From Bacteroidetes bacterium CG2_30_33_31 (GTDB lineage Bacteria; Bacteroidota; Bacteroidia; Bacteroidales; UBA1556): a stretch of DNA of 64,000 bases. The notes below the pieces were generated by a model. The model did no database searches, was not told the origin of the DNA, and saw nothing but the letters and a program-made list of their open reading frames with translations. This document shows, one piece after another, positions 1-9,944 of this stretch; position 1 is the stretch's first letter; the number at the start of each line of letters is the position of its first letter. The position numbers were made by a program, and so were the translations under genes. Where the stretch lies: the NCBI GenBank assembly GCA_001872625.1, contig MNXP01000068.1, positions 3,598-67,597 of the forward strand, given 5' to 3'.

Positions 1-854
1 ATTATACGCTTAAATCTATTAAAGATGAGGACATTAGCATTGTTGAATATCCAGCTCTATACCGTCAATTTGACCATGATGGTAAATTATTAGAGGAATT
101 GAGCTATGATTCTAACGGTAATTTGGCAGAAAAATATAGCTTTGTGTATAAAGACGGAATCCTAAAAGAGCAGATAATTTTTATGGATGATGAGAGCATT
201 GGTGAACATAAATTTTTTGAATATTCCGACGGAAGAATCAGCAAAATTATTACTAAATATGCTGAAAATTACAGCGATGAAACCGCTATTTCTTATGATG
301 CTGAAGGTAGATTAATTTCCAAAATAACTTATGATGAAGGCGAAGAAGGGGAAAAGCATCTCTATGAATATAGTAATGATTCAAATACTTACAAGATTTT
401 TGATGATTATGGGAAACTCGAGACACAAGAAAAAAGAAAATTTTCTTCAGAGGGAAATTTAGTTCAATTGGTTATTACTGATTATAAAGATGATATTGAA
501 ACTACTACTGATTATACTTACAACGATAAAAATTTTTTGATAGAAGAGATTTCGAGAAACAAGAAAAATCTTATCATTTCCAATATAATTTATTCATACG
601 ATGAAAAGGGAAATATTGAAAAATCAGTACTTTCCACTGGCAAAACTATCATAACAAGCTCATATAAATATGACGACCACAATAATGAAATTGAGCATAT
701 TGAATCCAATAAAGAAGGCGAAATAAATCACAGCATTGTAAGAACTTATGATGAAGATGGAAATATTTTGACTACCGAGGCAGAAATTTTTATGCACGGC
801 ATGGGCATCGACTCTAAATATGCATTGAAATACGATTACATATTCTTTGAATAA
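1..854 (+). CDS. YD/RHS-like repeat protein, 5' end outside window
   Basis: The frame of ORF 99..854 stays open back to base 3, so the gene enters from upstream. Repeated Y-D-x-x-G-x-[LI] units are present (SYDSNGNL, SYDAEGRLI, SYDEKGNI, TYDEDGNI). No recognisable C-terminal toxin domain. Confidence 0.6.
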   Translation, partial: YTLKSIKDEDISIVEYPALYRQFDHDGKLLEELSYDSNGNLAEKYSFVYKDGILKEQIIFMDDESIGEHKFFEYSDGRISKIITKYAENYSDETAISYDAEGRLISKITYDEGEEGEKHLYEYSNDSNTYKIFDDYGKLETQEKRKFSSEGNLVQLVITDYKDDIETTTDYTYNDKNFLIEEISRNKKNLIISNIIYSYDEKGNIEKSVLSTGKTIITSSYKYDDHNNEIEHIESNKEGEINHSIVRTYDEDGNILTTEAEIFMHGMGIDSKYALKYDYIFFE

Positions 855-903
855 ACTGTAATTCAACTATTTGAATTGAAGTACAAATTCAGCCATATTT
901 TGC

Positions 904-1350
904 TTAATAATATATCTTCAAAAGTTTTTTCTTGTAATAAATGATTGCATTGTATTTCAATAGAAAATCACTACCAAGCACACCATCAATACCTTTAAAG
1001 CCAAGCATTTCATAAGATTGGTTAACATATTCCATAGGCAATGCAACAGAATTGTAGTTTTTGAGCTGCAAACTTCCAACCTGAAATTTTTTAATCACTA
1101 CAATATGGCTTTCCATAGTATTGGTTCCCAGTCCAGTAGATAAATGTGGGGAAAGATCTAACTTAAAATTTTCATCATCTATTTTCAAAAGTTTTTTGAT
1201 TCTTGAAATATCAAAAACAGTTTGGCTCGCTCCAGTATCTACAAGCAGAGTTGCCGACTTTCCATTAACTTTCACCTTTATAATTAAATGAAAACCATCA
1301 GTTTCAATCTTCAACATTTTAATTGGAATGTTGCAAATATTTAAATTCAT
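904..1350 (-). CDS. retropepsin-like (clan AA) aspartic protease
   Basis: LLVDTGASQTVFD (D-T-G-A active-site motif) and a later GIDGVLGSDFL. The ATG is at 1350; the track's first codon is a TTG at 1353. The start overlaps the LOG stop as TGATG. Confidence 0.75.
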   Translation of the reverse strand: MNLNICNIPIKMLKIETDGFHLIIKVKVNGKSATLLVDTGASQTVFDISRIKKLLKIDDENFKLDLSPHLSTGLGTNTMESHIVVIKKFQVGSLQLKNYNSVALPMEYVNQSYEMLGFKGIDGVLGSDFLLKYNAIIYYKKKLLKIYY

Positions 1351-2081
1351 CAAAAGTTTGGTTTCAAATGATACTTGGTATAGAAATTATTTATGTGAGC
1401 AACAGCTTCTTCTGGTGAATCGACGATTTTGAAAATTGATAAATCGGATTCTTTGATATTTCCAGAAAGCAGCAGTGTTTTTTTAATCCAATCTACCAAG
1501 CCTTCCCAATAATCTTTGCCAACTAAGGCTATAGGAAAATTTACCATTTTATTAGTTTGAATCAGCGTGATGGCTTCAAAAAGTTCATCCATCGTTCCAA
1601 ACCCACCAGGCATGGTAATGTAACCCTGAGAATATTTCATAAACATCAACTTTCTTACAAAGAAATAGTTGAATGTTAGCAATTTATCATTATCAATAAA
1701 TGGATTTGAAGTTTGTTCAAAAGGCAAATCTATATTCAAGCCAACAGATTTGCCACCCGAAAAATGAGCGCCTTTATTTCCTGCCTCCATAATACCAGGC
1801 CCACCGCCAGTGATTACTCCAAAGCCTTGTTTGGTAAGCAGATACGCTATCTCTTCAGCCATTTGGTAATAGGGATTGTCTGACTTTGTGCGCGCTGAAC
1901 CAAAAATTGTAACACAAGGTCCTATTTTCGACATCTTTTCAAAACCTTCAACCATTTCGGCCATCATCTTGAATACAGCCCAGCTATCATGTGTTTTAGT
2001 TTCATTCCATGGTTTTGGGTTAAAAGCTTCCTTTAATTTCTCAGCCATTTTATCATCATGATTCTTATTTTCTATTACCAT
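1350..2081 (-). CDS. LOG family protein (TIGR00730-type, cytokinin riboside 5'-monophosphate phosphoribohydrolase-like)
   Basis: GGGPGIMEAGNKGA and PGGFGTMDELFE signature motifs. Confidence 0.9.
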   Translation of the reverse strand: MVIENKNHDDKMAEKLKEAFNPKPWNETKTHDSWAVFKMMAEMVEGFEKMSKIGPCVTIFGSARTKSDNPYYQMAEEIAYLLTKQGFGVITGGGPGIMEAGNKGAHFSGGKSVGLNIDLPFEQTSNPFIDNDKLLTFNYFFVRKLMFMKYSQGYITMPGGFGTMDELFEAITLIQTNKMVNFPIALVGKDYWEGLVDWIKKTLLLSGNIKESDLSIFKIVDSPEEAVAHINNFYTKYHLKPNF

Positions 2082-2120
2082 AATATTATTATTTAATGAT
2101 TTACAATTATTGAAGATATT

Positions 2121-3191
2121 TTATTCTACAAAATTAATTAATTTCTCAATAATAAATTCAGAAGCCTTGCCCTTACCATATAAATCCATTGAAAAATCTA
2201 TGTCATAACGCTGATTTTCGAAAGATTGAATTATCTTATCTTTCCGAGCTCCCACAACTGTATTAAACCCATTTTCCACAAGTTCAACCCACTCGGTTTC
2301 ATCCCTTAGAGTGATGCAAGGTTTTTTAAAAAAGAATGCTTCTTTCTGAAGTCCTCCGCTATCAGTCATTATTAATTTGGCTCTTTTCAAAAGAAAAACC
2401 ATTTCCAAATAACCAATAGGATTAATGATTTGAACTCTATCTTCATTAATATTAAATGAGGAAGATTCAATAATTTTCTTAGTTCGCGGATGTAAGGGCA
2501 GAATGACTGGCATTGTTTTTCCAATTTCGGAAAAGGCTTCAAAAATATTTTCAAGGCGTGATTTATCATCAGTGTTTTCGGCTCTGTGAATTGTTGCTAA
2601 AACAAATTCTTTTGGCAAAAATAAATCAGGAGCTTTTGCTTTTTCTTCATAAAATAAGGCCGCATCTTGCATCACATCGCCTGATTTAACTATTTGTATA
2701 TCAATATTTTCATAACCTTCAGCTTTCAGGTTATTAATTGCGGCATTTGTAGGGCAGAATAAAATATTTGATATCCTATCCGTTAGAATACGGTTTATTT
2801 CTTCAGGCATGGTCATATTAAACGAGCGCAATCCAGCTTCTACATGAGCCACTTTTATATGAAGTTTTCGCGCAGCTAATGCTCCTGCAATTGTGGAGTT
2901 GGTATCGCCATAAACCAGCACCCAATCTGGTTTTTCTATCATCAAAACTTCTTCAATCTTTTCTATCATCTGACCTGTCATTGCGCCATGACTTAAACCA
3001 TTAATATTGAGGTTATAATGAGGTTTTGGAATATGCATTTCTTCGAAAAATATCTCAGACATATTAGCATCGAAATGCTGTCCAGTATGAACGATAATTT
3101 CCTGAATATCTTTATACTTTTCAATTTCTCTACTTACTGCTGCTGCTTTTATAAATTGTGGCCTCGCTCCTACTATGGTGATAATTTTCAT
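2121..3191 (-). CDS. wecB: UDP-N-acetylglucosamine 2-epimerase (non-hydrolysing)
   Basis: N-terminal MKIITIVGARPQFIKAA, HVEAGLRS, and full-length resemblance to the WecB/MnaA family. Confidence 0.93.
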   Translation of the reverse strand: MKIITIVGARPQFIKAAAVSREIEKYKDIQEIIVHTGQHFDANMSEIFFEEMHIPKPHYNLNINGLSHGAMTGQMIEKIEEVLMIEKPDWVLVYGDTNSTIAGALAARKLHIKVAHVEAGLRSFNMTMPEEINRILTDRISNILFCPTNAAINNLKAEGYENIDIQIVKSGDVMQDAALFYEEKAKAPDLFLPKEFVLATIHRAENTDDKSRLENIFEAFSEIGKTMPVILPLHPRTKKIIESSSFNINEDRVQIINPIGYLEMVFLLKRAKLIMTDSGGLQKEAFFFKKPCITLRDETEWVELVENGFNTVVGARKDKIIQSFENQRYDIDFSMDLYGKGKASEFIIEKLINFVE

Positions 3192-3217
3192 ATAAATTTT
3201 CTATAATAATAAAGGGT

Positions 3218-3225
3218 CAAAGATA
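3218..3225 (-). promoter_or_regulatory. candidate Bacteroidetes -7 box for wecB
   Basis: The minus strand reads tatctttg (TAnnTTTG); the G lies 26 nt upstream of the wecB ATG. Confidence 0.3.
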
Positions 3226-3420
3226 ATTTTTTATGCTTTACACATTTTAGTTTTTTGATTGTTAGCACCAAAGATTTATCGAAATTAGCACTTTGATGGT
3301 TTATAAATATTGCTTTGGCATAAACTTCTTAATGGCTTGTGGCATAAAATTTCCTCAAAACCGAATTAATGCAAAACATAACAAGCAACAAACAAATTAA
3401 CACCAGAAAATAAAATGTTT

Positions 3421-3428
3421 TACATTTG
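3421..3428 (+). promoter_or_regulatory. candidate -7 box for the wzx operon
   Basis: tacatttg matches TAnnTTTG, 29 nt upstream of the ATG at 3458. Confidence 0.3.
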
Positions 3429-3457
3429 CCAAATAATCAGAGTTAGGAATATATTTG

Positions 3458-4771
3458 ATGAAAAAATTTCAATTAGTAGAAGGAAGTTTCCTTAAAAACG
3501 TAGTGATTCTAATGTTTGGGTCTGGACTTTCTCAGCTTATTCCTTTTGCATTTTCTATAATTTTAAGTAGATTATACACCTCCTCTGATTATGGAATATT
3601 CACAATTTTTCTTACTGTTTCTGCATTTTTAGGAGTATTAGCAACTTTCCGTTACGACCTGGCAATTATGCTTCCGGCAAAGAAGGCCGACTCTTTTCAC
3701 CTCTTAGTATTATCCATCGGAATTACTATAATTTTATCGCTAATTATATTAATAATAACATTAATATTTCCAGAGGCCATTAGCAGAGCATTATCGTCAA
3801 AAGATATTAAACCTTGGCTTCCTTTGCTAAGCTTAAGCGTGTTATTCTTAGGAATCACCCAAGCGTTTAATTTTTGGCACAATAGAAATAAATCATATAA
3901 AGCATTATCTTACAATATGATAAGCCAATCTTCGACCACTGCAACAATAAGTACAATCAATGGTTTTGCAAAAATGAAAGCTGGTGGACTTATTATTGGG
4001 AGCATCTCGGGGCAGTTAGTTTCAACCTTACTTTATTCATTAAAATTTATTTCTGAAGACAGAAAAAGATTAAAAAAGATTTCATGGAAAAGATTGAAAG
4101 AAGTAGCAAAAACTTACATTGAATATCCTAAATTTAATTTGCCACATCGTTTGGTAGATATGATCTCTATCACAGGAATTCCAATAATCCTAATGATGTT
4201 GTTTTCCCAATCTATTGTAGGTCTTTATGGTTTTATGTTGAGAGTATTAAAAGCTCCAATAGCCATTTTAGCATCAAGTCTTGGTCAGGTTTTTTATCAG
4301 CAATTCTCTGAAAAAGTTGCTAAAAAATACTCTGTCAAAGCTTTGTTTACCAAAACTATAAGAAACATTGCTTTTTTAACTTTCCCTTTCTTTATAATCA
4401 TACTTTTTTGGGGACCGCAAATATTTTCAGTAGTTTTTAGCAAAGAATGGCGCGAAGCTGGTGTTTATGCTCAATATCTAACTCCATGGCTTTTCTTCTC
4501 CACTATAGCCTCTCCAGTTTCTCAAGTGCCACTAACATTAGGTTATGTAAAAACAAATATGTTTGCTGGTATTATCAATAATTTTTTGTTGGTTATGATT
4601 TTTGTGGTGGCTTCGCAATATTACAGCGATCCAACCTACGTTTTTCTTTGGGTAGGCACTTTGATGCCTGTTTTTTATATAGTTATACTACTTTGGTTCT
4701 ACCGAATAATTTTAAAATATGAGAAAACAAGAATTACCATTGATTCTGTAGAAGCCAATAAAATTTCTTAA
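3458..4771 (+). CDS. wzx: polysaccharide/O-antigen flippase (Wzx, MOP superfamily)
   Basis: Polytopic membrane protein of ~12 hydrophobic segments with an N-terminus typical of Wzx (LKNVVILMFGSGLSQLIPFAFSIILSRLYTSSDYG). The ATG at 3458 follows the track's TTG at 3455. Confidence 0.8.
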   Translation: MKKFQLVEGSFLKNVVILMFGSGLSQLIPFAFSIILSRLYTSSDYGIFTIFLTVSAFLGVLATFRYDLAIMLPAKKADSFHLLVLSIGITIILSLIILIITLIFPEAISRALSSKDIKPWLPLLSLSVLFLGITQAFNFWHNRNKSYKALSYNMISQSSTTATISTINGFAKMKAGGLIIGSISGQLVSTLLYSLKFISEDRKRLKKISWKRLKEVAKTYIEYPKFNLPHRLVDMISITGIPIILMMLFSQSIVGLYGFMLRVLKAPIAILASSLGQVFYQQFSEKVAKKYSVKALFTKTIRNIAFLTFPFFIIILFWGPQIFSVVFSKEWREAGVYAQYLTPWLFFSTIASPVSQVPLTLGYVKTNMFAGIINNFLLVMIFVVASQYYSDPTYVFLWVGTLMPVFYIVILLWFYRIILKYEKTRITIDSVEANKIS

Positions 4772-4817
4772 TTTTGCAAACTTGAGGCAGTATTATAATT
4801 GAATTAAATTCCTAAGT

Positions 4818-5393
4818 ATGAAAGATAAATTTCAGGCATTGTTTTACTACTTAAATTATCCTATAACTTTAGTCAAAGCATGGCTAAAATTATATTTCAT
4901 AGGCAATTACGCATTAACAAGTTTTATCCAAAAAGCGAATAGAAATTACACTGTTGCTATTCTCAAAAAATTTGGTGCCAACATTGGCAAAACTCCAAAT
5001 TTCAATGGTAAAATAATCATTGACAATACATCTTTAGGTTCAAAGCCATTTAAAAATATTTATATTGGCGACAATTGTTTCATCGGAACTGATGTTTTTT
5101 TTGATCTTCCCGACGAAATAATTCTTGAAAACAATGCTATTTTAAGTGCTGGAGTAAAAATTCTTACACATCAAGATTGTGGCGGCAGACCAATGAGTAA
5201 GTATTATCCTCGAAAAGTCGGCAAAGTTATTATAGGCGAAAATTCTTGGATTGGACTCAATGTAGTCATCTTGGCTGGAGTTTCCATAGGTAAAAACTCG
5301 GTTGTAGCTGCTGGCGCGGTGGTTACCAAGAATATACCTGCATTTTCAGTTGCTGCTGGTAATCCTGCAAAAATTATAAAATCTCTTATATAG
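4818..5393 (+). CDS. hexapeptide-repeat (LbH) O-acetyltransferase
   Basis: C-terminal left-handed beta-helix repeats IGENSWIGLNVVILAGVSIGKNSVVAAGAVVTKNIP. Confidence 0.8.
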   Translation: MKDKFQALFYYLNYPITLVKAWLKLYFIGNYALTSFIQKANRNYTVAILKKFGANIGKTPNFNGKIIIDNTSLGSKPFKNIYIGDNCFIGTDVFFDLPDEIILENNAILSAGVKILTHQDCGGRPMSKYYPRKVGKVIIGENSWIGLNVVILAGVSIGKNSVVAAGAVVTKNIPAFSVAAGNPAKIIKSLI

Positions 5394-5399
5394 CTGATA

Positions 5400-6296
5400 A
5401 TGAAAGTTTTAATTGTAGGACTACCTTACTTTACAAAATACTTAGTAAATAAACTAAAGGCAAAATATCCTCAATTTACTTTTATAGCTCTAAATACATA
5501 CTACTCGAAGTCTGACAAACTTAAATTTCTTTTACACATCTGGAACTGTGATGTAATTCACTCTATTAATGGCTCTTTAGAAAAAAGTTTTGTCTTTGAC
5601 CTTTCAATTTTACTACATAGAAAACTGATTTTTCATTGGGTAGGATCCGATTTGTATAGAGCAGTACAAATTGCGAATACTCCAATTTCAAAACCCAAAT
5701 ATATTAAATATCCAATACATTTAACCGACACTCCATGGTATGTAAATGAGCTATCAAAAATTCAAATTAATTCTGAATTTGTTCCATTAAAAGGATTTAA
5801 TAAAGAACAGAAAATTTCAGATTTTCCATCAACTTTTTCTGTCTTAACCTACATAGGAAACTCAAATCCAGAATTTTATGGAATAAACGAACTTATAATT
5901 ATTGCTGAATGTCTGTCAGAAGTTAACTTTTATGTTGTTGGTTTAGAATCCTACAAAAAGCCATTGCCTTCTAATATTTATTTGCTTGGCTGGGTTGATA
6001 ATATGCAAGAAAAAATTGAAAATTCGGTAGTTTGCCTTAGAATGCCTAAGACAGATGGGCTTGCATTTTTTGTGCTTGAGGCTCTATATTTCGGTAGATA
6101 TGTTGCATATAATCAAGAATTTGAATCGTCAGAATTCTGTAAAAATACCCAAGAATTTATAAATTACATTTACAAACTAAAAACTGAATTTGATTCTAAG
6201 AAATTACAACCAAACTATCAAATTGCTGCAAAAATTCTCAACGATTTCGATGAAGAAATAATCTTGGAAAACATTATAAAACAATACCTTAAATAA
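5400..6296 (+). CDS. putative small GT-B-like glycosyltransferase (uncertain)
   Basis: Sits in the polysaccharide operon. The C-terminal half (LLGWVDNM...DGLAFFVLEALYFGRYV) resembles the donor-binding half of GT4 enzymes. No firm motif. Confidence 0.45.
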   Translation: MKVLIVGLPYFTKYLVNKLKAKYPQFTFIALNTYYSKSDKLKFLLHIWNCDVIHSINGSLEKSFVFDLSILLHRKLIFHWVGSDLYRAVQIANTPISKPKYIKYPIHLTDTPWYVNELSKIQINSEFVPLKGFNKEQKISDFPSTFSVLTYIGNSNPEFYGINELIIIAECLSEVNFYVVGLESYKKPLPSNIYLLGWVDNMQEKIENSVVCLRMPKTDGLAFFVLEALYFGRYVAYNQEFESSEFCKNTQEFINYIYKLKTEFDSKKLQPNYQIAAKILNDFDEEIILENIIKQYLK

Positions 6297-6300
6297 ATTA

Positions 6301-7530
6301 TTGATTTTGAACAAACATAAATTATATATACTTTCAACTTATTTTCCGCCAACAATTTCTGTTGCCAGCAATAGAATTTTAGCATTTGCCAACTATATCG
6401 ACAAATCTGTTTTTGATGTGGAAGTTATAACTGTTGAAAATGAAAATAATGCTAAAGAATCAATTGAATTAGTGAGCTATAAAGTGAAAAGATTTAAAAA
6501 TTCAGGACTATTTCATATTATGAAATTTACTGGAAAAGAGTCTTTTTTTATTCATAAACTGAAAGCTGCATATAATAAAGTATTTACATATTTTGTCAGA
6601 AATGAATATCAGCTTTGGCAAAATTTAGCAGAAAAATATCTTTCAGAAAAATTTTTACAGAATAAAAAATCAATAGTTTTAAGCACTTACGCCCCAGTTT
6701 CAACGCATTTGGCGGCATTAAATCTTAAGAAAAAAGGCAATGATTTTTTTTGGATTGCCGATTTTCGCGACAATATGATTCATCCACATTTTAATAAATC
6801 TCAAGAAAATTATTTCGATAAAATTCAGAAGGAAATTGTAAATTCAGCCGAATTAATTTTGTCAGTTTCAGAGCCAATATTGGATTATTTGGCAAAATAT
6901 CAAACCACAAAGAAATCTAATTTTTTGGAAATTAGGAATGGTTTCGACTTTGACATGGAAAATGTAAAAAAGAATTTCAATAATATTTTTACCGTGTCAT
7001 ACGTTGGTAGTTTTTATGGAGAAAGGAAACCATTTAACTTTTTTGAAGCTTTAAAATTATTTCTAATAAACAATTCTGAGGCTAAAATTCAGATTAATTT
7101 TGTTGGCGTAGGGAATCAAATTCAGATACCAGATTTTGCTTCAAAAATCATTAGCACATCACCGAAAGTCACACATAATCAAGCACTTCAAGCAATGCAA
7201 GATTCTGACGCGCTACTTTTAATACATCCAAATCAAAATCAAAAAGGTGTTTTTAGTGGAAAAATATTTGAATATTTGGGCTGTCTTAAACCAATCATTG
7301 CCACTGTAGATAAAAATGATGTGGCTGCCAAATTAATTGAAGACTGCAGAGCGGGTTTTGTGGCAGAATTCGACGATATAAATGCCACAGCAGATTGCTT
7401 CCAAAAAGCTTATGACTTATGGCTAAATCATAAATCTTTAGATTTCAATTTAGATTTGATAAAGCAGCATCATAGAAAAGTTCAGGTAAAGAGACTTAAT
7501 GAAGAGCTTAAAAACCTTTTAAAATTGTGA
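6301..7530 (+). CDS. glycosyltransferase (GT4-like)
   Basis: Uses a TTG start, with no in-frame ATG nearby. GT-B-like C-terminus (SGKIFEYLGCLKPIIA). Operon context. Confidence 0.6.
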   Translation: MILNKHKLYILSTYFPPTISVASNRILAFANYIDKSVFDVEVITVENENNAKESIELVSYKVKRFKNSGLFHIMKFTGKESFFIHKLKAAYNKVFTYFVRNEYQLWQNLAEKYLSEKFLQNKKSIVLSTYAPVSTHLAALNLKKKGNDFFWIADFRDNMIHPHFNKSQENYFDKIQKEIVNSAELILSVSEPILDYLAKYQTTKKSNFLEIRNGFDFDMENVKKNFNNIFTVSYVGSFYGERKPFNFFEALKLFLINNSEAKIQINFVGVGNQIQIPDFASKIISTSPKVTHNQALQAMQDSDALLLIHPNQNQKGVFSGKIFEYLGCLKPIIATVDKNDVAAKLIEDCRAGFVAEFDDINATADCFQKAYDLWLNHKSLDFNLDLIKQHHRKVQVKRLNEELKNLLKL

Positions 7531-7531
7531 G

Positions 7532-8614
7532 ATGATTGATAAAAAACCAAATACCATTAAAAGAAAAAAATACTTATTAATTGGCGACGGTGAAAGTGTT
7601 CATATCGTAAAATGGGCTAAGATATTAACAAAATATTTTGATTTATATTTAATCTCCTTTCAAGGTTTTCATACTGATTTATTTGAGATTATTAAAGAGC
7701 AAAATCGAACTTCTTTCAATATAAGTCTCAACTCCAACGGTGGAAATGTAGTTGTATTGAAGAAAATTTGGGCGGTATTGAAAATCATAAATAATTGGAA
7801 ACCAGATATTGTAAATGCACATTATATTTCCAGTTCGGGTTTTTTGGCGGCCATAGCCAAAAAGCTGTCGCTACATCATTTCACCCTGATACAATCCGCT
7901 TGGGGTTCAGATATTTTAGTTAGCCCCAAGAAAAATTATTTTTATATATTAATAACTAAATTCGCCTTAAACTCATCAGAAATAATAACTTCTGATTCAG
8001 AGTTTATGTCCGCCGAAATCAGAAAATTAAGCACAAAGAAAATCTGCACTTTCACTTTTGGTATAGAAAATTTGCCAGATGTGGATGCTTCATCCAAAAA
8101 TGTTAATCTATATTTCAGCAATCGCGGACTTAGTCAAACTTATAGAATTGATAAAATCATAGATTTCTTTGCAAAAATAAAAGCTAAAAATAATAAAGCT
8201 AAATTAATTATTTCCAACGATGGAAATATGAGAGGCATGCTCGAAAAACAAGTAGTAAAACTTGATTTACAAGATGATGTTTCATTTTTAGGTTTTATAA
8301 ATCAGAACTCTCAGAATGAAATTTATGAAAAATCTCAATTTTTTTTGAGTCTTCCAGATAGCGATTCAACTTCTGTAAGTCTTATTGAAGCAATGAGTTA
8401 CGGCTGTATTCCGCTACTTTCTGACTTGCCTGCTAACAAGGAATGGATTCAAAATTGGCAAAATGGTTTAATTGAACCTTTTGAACCAAAAGATTTAGAA
8501 CAAATGTTAATTCATAGAAAAGAAATATTTGATTTTAACAGAAATCTGATAAATGAAAAAGGTATCTTTTCAAATTCAATTTACAAATTTCTTAAAGATA
8601 ATAGACTATTATAA
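7532..8614 (+). CDS. glycosyltransferase family 4/1
   Basis: SDSTSVSLIEAMSYGCIPLLSDLPANKEWI (E-x7-E-type region). The start lies 1 nt after the previous stop. Confidence 0.8.
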   Translation: MIDKKPNTIKRKKYLLIGDGESVHIVKWAKILTKYFDLYLISFQGFHTDLFEIIKEQNRTSFNISLNSNGGNVVVLKKIWAVLKIINNWKPDIVNAHYISSSGFLAAIAKKLSLHHFTLIQSAWGSDILVSPKKNYFYILITKFALNSSEIITSDSEFMSAEIRKLSTKKICTFTFGIENLPDVDASSKNVNLYFSNRGLSQTYRIDKIIDFFAKIKAKNNKAKLIISNDGNMRGMLEKQVVKLDLQDDVSFLGFINQNSQNEIYEKSQFFLSLPDSDSTSVSLIEAMSYGCIPLLSDLPANKEWIQNWQNGLIEPFEPKDLEQMLIHRKEIFDFNRNLINEKGIFSNSIYKFLKDNRLL

Positions 8615-8699
8615 AGCTCTTTGCCTTAAATATTTTTATGAATTTGATAAAATAATAGTCTTAAATTGACATTGAATTATAAAAATTGAGATTATTAAC

Positions 8700-8707
8700 T
8701 ATTTTTG
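8700..8707 (+). promoter_or_regulatory. candidate internal -7 box for wzy-GMC oxidoreductase
   Basis: tatttttg matches TAnnTTTG, 19 nt upstream of the ATG at 8727, inside the only sizeable gap (112 nt) of the operon. Confidence 0.3.
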
Positions 8708-8726
8708 TACTTCAAATTAACAGCAG

Positions 8727-9944
8727 ATGCCGAAAATTCAATTTTACCATTTAAAATATTTTTCGTTCTTAATATATTTTCTGTTTCTAAATTTTGGCGG
8801 TCGAATGGCATTAAATGGAACTGCATTTTTCGTCCTTGTTTGCATTATTGGTTTTTTTGCAGAAGGTTATAATTCTTTCAAAAAATTCAATAAATTATTG
8901 CTAATTACAATATTTTTTTATGTGCTTCATATTTTCTCAGCATTCTTATCGGAGCATCAGCCAGAGGCGCTTTTCGACTTAGAAGTTAAGTTGCCATTTC
9001 TGATTTTGCCGTTAATTTTCGGCTTTGAAAAACCTAATTCTAAAGTTGTTTTAGACCATATTTTAAGTCTTTATTCTGTCGCAACTTTGGTTGCCGCCAT
9101 TGTACTTCTTTTAAGAGCCATATTGATAAAAATTTCAGGTAATAATTTCCCTACTTACTCTCCATTCTCACCGCATCTTCATGTAACTTATTTAGCTGCT
9201 TACATGACTATAAATCTGATAATCAACATTTTTCTTATAAATAAAACTCATAATAAGAAACTCAAATATTTATATTCTTTCTCTGCCATAATCACTCTTC
9301 CTATTATTTGGGCAACACAATCAAAAGCAGGTATTTTAATCTATTTTATTGTAGTGCTGATAGTTGCCTTACGATACACCTTTAATTGGAACAAAATAAT
9401 TGCAGTTTCAATAATGACATTTATGCTGCTTTCAGCTTATTGGATTATTGGCACAAATTATAGATTTCAAGCTATGATTAAATCGGTAAAAAACTACCAA
9501 CAATATTTAAAAGGTAGCCAGCAAAATGTAGAAAGTACCGCCGAGCGAATTATGACTTGGGATGCATCAATTCAGCTTATTAAGCAAAATTTCTGGTTAG
9601 GATTAGGCAATGGAGACGTAAGAATTGAGCTAAAGAAAAAATATGAAATACTCGGTTATACTGAGCCAGCTCGCTTAAAGTTAAATGCTCACAATCAATA
9701 TCTTGAAAGCATTCTATACGTTGGAATTTTTGGGTTTGTTTCGCTTTTAGCAATAATGTTTGTTCCTTTTTCATCTCAATCAAATCGAAAATCATTAATC
9801 TTTAGTCTTTTCATCTTGACTTTCTGTCTGCATTTTTTATTCGAATCTATGCTAAATACTCAAGCTGGCGTGGTATATTTCGTTTTTTTCTATGCTTTAA
9901 TTATCTCTTATAATTCCAATAATATTCAAAACCATGACGCTTAA
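8727..9944 (+). CDS. wzy: O-antigen polymerase/ligase family membrane protein (Wzy-like)
   Basis: About 10 TM segments and a Wzy_C-type loop (LNAHNQYLESILYVGIFG). Confidence 0.8.
   Translation: MPKIQFYHLKYFSFLIYFLFLNFGGRMALNGTAFFVLVCIIGFFAEGYNSFKKFNKLLLITIFFYVLHIFSAFLSEHQPEALFDLEVKLPFLILPLIFGFEKPNSKVVLDHILSLYSVATLVAAIVLLLRAILIKISGNNFPTYSPFSPHLHVTYLAAYMTINLIINIFLINKTHNKKLKYLYSFSAIITLPIIWATQSKAGILIYFIVVLIVALRYTFNWNKIIAVSIMTFMLLSAYWIIGTNYRFQAMIKSVKNYQQYLKGSQQNVESTAERIMTWDASIQLIKQNFWLGLGNGDVRIELKKKYEILGYTEPARLKLNAHNQYLESILYVGIFGFVSLLAIMFVPFSSQSNRKSLIFSLFILTFCLHFLFESMLNTQAGVVYFVFFYALIISYNSNNIQNHDA

Noticed and set aside
3450-3457. A second TAnnTTTG match (tatatttg) abutting the wzx ATG.
   Set aside because: A transcription start downstream of this box would fall inside the coding sequence. 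The box at 3421-3428 is better placed, so this one is treated as a chance match.
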